Assembly (NCBI GenBank): GCA_964016885.1
Contig: OZ024744.1
Location: forward strand, 44,764,001-44,828,000
Reading direction: 5' to 3'
Origin: Eledone cirrhosa
Lineage: Eukaryota
DNA: 64,000 bases
Part shown: positions 62,101 through 64,000 of the stretch, one piece after another
Layout of the letters: the number at the start of each line of letters is the position of its first letter
How positions within the stretch are numbered: the first letter of the stretch is position 1
Notes under the pieces: model-generated
Databases searched by the model: none
What the model was told of the DNA's origin: nothing
What the model saw: the letters and a program-made list of their open reading frames with translations, nothing else
Made by a program: the position numbers and the translations under genes

Positions 62101-62524
62101 TTCTGAGAAATGGTATGAGCATAGGCCAGAGGCGGTGATGGAGAACAATCAGGTGAAGGTGCTGTGGGATTTTAGGATACAGACGGACAAAAAACTGGAA
62201 CACAATAGACCTGACCTGGTGGTTGTGGACAAAGAAAAAAGATCGTGCCTGATTGTGGATGTGGCCTGCCCGTTCGACACGAGAGTGCAAGAGAAGGAGA
62301 GGGAGAAAATTAACCGATACCAGGACCTAGAGTGGGAGGTGAAAAGGATTTGGAACTGCCATGAAGTCAAAGTGATCCCGATTGTCATAGGCGCACTGGG
62401 GACTATCTCCAAAAGTTTCCAGGGATGGTTAAAGAAAATCGGCCCCTTCACGCTTTTTGGAACGCTTCAAAAGGCATGCTTGCTTGGAACAGCAAGAACC
62501 CTCCGATACGTCCTGAATATCTGA
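59132..62524 (+). CDS. R4/Dong-type polyprotein: RT + CCHC finger + restriction-like endonuclease (1130 aa)
   Basis: N-terminal EQKLAGQARVIRTNGWISELELE. RT motifs NWKSPGPDG, YRPITCL, IDYRKAFDMVPH, QGDSLSPLLF and FMDD. CRICGEREETVAHIVSEC and RHD. RLE motifs RPDLVVVD..IVDVACP..EKINRY. Confidence 0.96.
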   Translation: METRTSCDRLSPNRCPLAQQQEPDCQPNTADVGGRRRRKGARTNWTKELNRTVMQCYLKSNPKERGYRRRMHNIWNEIGLFKLDEQKLAGQARVIRTNGWISELELEELSRENGLEMAGVVCQTSEPVGNEGEEVLRTEEPPEADNDLSTEINNTWNRDTATEEMNADGLGQDSVDILNLVVDELNNDSGRPMNLRFVDRKKLKETTAKVNKVIPYLEARSLHQCNNILRATANTVRKLLGIKARGNNRQERAEPWWKKRLSGQIGEMRNDIGKLESLLNGTLKNIGTKNKLEIKYKTRSKKLNIIIEELKQRIVAKSAKTRRYENRVSQYKQNRMFDNNQKMLFGQLEGKERGNDLIPGAEQTKTFWRGIWEQDVRHNAQAGWIETVQREIGEQAQQQTDLSITVETLKGQAKKLTNWKSPGPDGVQGYWIKHLTSLHPKLTAMFNDCLVTGEVPEWLTKGTTVLIMKDRIKGNDATNYRPITCLPVMWKLLTSIVSEEIYHHLHTNNLLPDEQKGCRKKSRGTKDQLLIDKMVMGNCRRRHTDLAMGWIDYRKAFDMVPHSWITKSLEIFRVADNIRQLLGRSMGSWETELTSTGVSLGSVKIKRGIFQGDSLSPLLFVLALMPLTIMLRKVRAGYKLGRGELTINHLLFMDDLKLFGKSEKELDVLVDTVRIFSSDICMQFGIGKCGVTVMKRGRLSRSNGIQIPTGEMIKEIDSEEGYKYLGVLEADGIKNKKMKELLRTEYIRRVRSVLKSHLNSRNAISAVNSRAVSIIRYSAGILRWNVAEQKEMDRKTRKLLTIYNMFHKRSDVDRLYLRRSEGGRGLISIEDCVQMEKNNLYKYVTYSKEPMLRAVLKEGTVGQGMSREEITSRRKSSLKGKPLHSTFFEKTEFRDPQTWNWLRRGDLKKATEGMLMAAQEQALKTKWLKHHIYKEEASPLCRICGEREETVAHIVSECKHLAQTHYKGWRHDVMGRVIHWHLCKVNNLLHSEKWYEHRPEAVMENNQVKVLWDFRIQTDKKLEHNRPDLVVVDKEKRSCLIVDVACPFDTRVQEKEREKINRYQDLEWEVKRIWNCHEVKVIPIVIGALGTISKSFQGWLKKIGPFTLFGTLQKACLLGTARTLRYVLNI

Positions 62525-62645
62525 GGCTGCAGGTAGTGGCTTGATATTCAATCCAACGGACTTTCCAGTTAACCAACATCAATGACTGAGATTCAAGGAA
62601 TAACAATAACAATAATAATAATAATAATTTTAAAACAATTACAAA

Positions 62646-62715
62646 TATATATATACACACACACATATACATATCTATATATACATATACACATACACAT
62701 ACACACACACACACG

Positions 62716-62799
<84 letters not shown>
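62646..62799. repeat. (TA)n/(CA)n microsatellite
   Basis: Directly visible. Confidence 0.95.
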
Positions 62800-62802
<3 letters not shown>

Positions 62803-62803
<1 letters not shown>

Positions 62804-64000
62804 ATAACAATTAACGGTTCTGCGATCGATTGTAGCTTTTTAGCCCATCCAATGATCTAAAATGTCTTGCACAGTTGGTACCAAAACATTTACTGGGAAT
62901 AGCTGGCTGTGGTTGGAGTTCATGTACTTTTACATGTCGTTTGAGCCTCCTGTTGATCTACACTCTCTGCTACATGCTTGGCAGGCATGATGAGTAGCAT
63001 CTCCAACAGCAGCCTGGTAGTCAACCACTGGTCTTACTTTAAGACTGTGAAGATGACTTTCGAGTCCAGCTTTGCTGAGGCAGAGTCTCGCATAGACGCT
63101 GCATGTCAGCGCCATAGGAGGACCTTCGCTGCCTGGAAATGAAACGGCAATGCCCTTCCTCACACCCCGCTTTACTTTCTCATATGCAATTCGTAATGCC
63201 TCAAAGGCAACTTTTCCCTCATATACAGTCTTTCTCCATTTATTACGATCAGCAGCAATATTTTCCCAAGTATCAGCAGAGATGTTAACGTCTTTCAAAG
63301 AGGCTTTCAACGAATACTTATACATCTCTTTTGGTTTATGTGGAGGTCGTTTTCCTTTAACTAAATCTCCATAGAAGAGTTGTTTTGGTATTCTAGAATC
63401 CTTCATCCAGGCATGGTGACCACTCCAACGGAGTCGTTGCTTAAGCACAGGAGCTTCTATACTGTCACACAGAGAGCTTTCCAAAATCTCGACATCACTG
63501 ATGTGGTCCCTCCAGTGAACGCCATGGATCCGTCTGAGGCACATCTGATGGAAACGCTCCAATTGCTTAAGGTGGTGTCGATATGTGACCCAGGTCTCGC
63601 AGGCATAAAGAAGAGAAAAGAGCACACATGCCTTGTAGAGCTTTACCTTGTCCTCCTGCATATGTCTCGCCGACCCCAGAGTCGCCTTTCTAGCTTTCCG
63701 AAAGCATCATTTACTTTCCTAATCCTGAGTTGGATTTCATTATCAAGGTTGCTGTATCGATTGACAGTGATTCCCAGGCAGACAAACTGATCAACCACTC
63801 CATGTCGTTTACCATACACATAGATATTTGGTTCACTGTACTGCTTACCAGGGGCAGGTTGGTACATGACGATGGTTTTCTTGAGACTGACAGTCAATCC
63901 TAGGGCAGTGCAAGCATCAGAAAATGCATTTAAAATGTGCTGCATTTCACTCTCTGCGTGCACTACAAGATCGCAATCATCTGCATACAAGAGGTCTCTT
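62803..64000 (-). mobile_element. RTE-clade LINE (RTE-3), RT C-half and C2H2 tail, continues beyond the window
   Basis: YADDCDL..LGLTVSLKKT; LLYACETWVTYRHHLKQLERFHQMCLRRI; RLRWSGH..RIPKQLFYG. Three C2H2-like remnants. Frameshifts present. Confidence 0.93.

Larger units (their letters stand above)
57427..62598 (+). mobile_element. Full-length, coding-intact Dong/R4-clade retrotransposon D3
   Basis: Long 5'UTR, a single ORF and a short 3'UTR, with (AAT)n at both ends (57367-57426 and 62599-62627). Dong elements are known to insert in TAA repeats. Confidence 0.94.

Noticed and set aside
4033-62627. CRISPR-like or bacterial RT system (retron, DGR, group II intron)
   Set aside because: The 'spacers' are kb-scale LINEs, the RTs are APE- or RLE-type non-LTR enzymes, and the context is eukaryotic.
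3972-62627. Telomeric retrotransposon array
   Set aside because: No TTAGGG or TTAGG repeats, and the array is bounded by ordinary interspersed repeats on both sides.

Overview
Eukaryotic, AT-rich, microsatellite-rich DNA. The repeat repertoire suggests a cephalopod or other mollusc, which is an inference. About 59 kb (4033-62627) is a dense array of non-LTR retrotransposons separated by (AAT)n tracts. It holds 11 copies or fragments of Tx1/L1-type elements (zinc-knuckle ORF1 plus APE-RT ORF2; at least 3 families), all on the minus strand. It also holds 4 copies or fragments of Dong/R4-type elements (RT plus restriction-like endonuclease; 2 families), all on the plus strand, and one tRNA-derived SINE. 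One Tx1 copy (36428-42444) and one Dong copy (57427-62598) have intact ORFs. Head-to-head junctions show that (AAT)n is a shared insertion target, not just a 3' tail. The whole array appears to split the 3' end of a single RTE element (3918-3960 and 62803-64000). The Tx1 families conserve several non-coding signals: a GGTAAGT splice-donor motif over the ORF1 stop, a 5'UTR hairpin and a 3'UTR hairpin. The intact copy looks like an ORF1-swap recombinant. The left flank has a hAT-like MITE with an 8-bp TSD, a candidate host exon and stacked RTE fragments with (TATG)n tails. All calls come from reading the sequence by eye; no searches were run.
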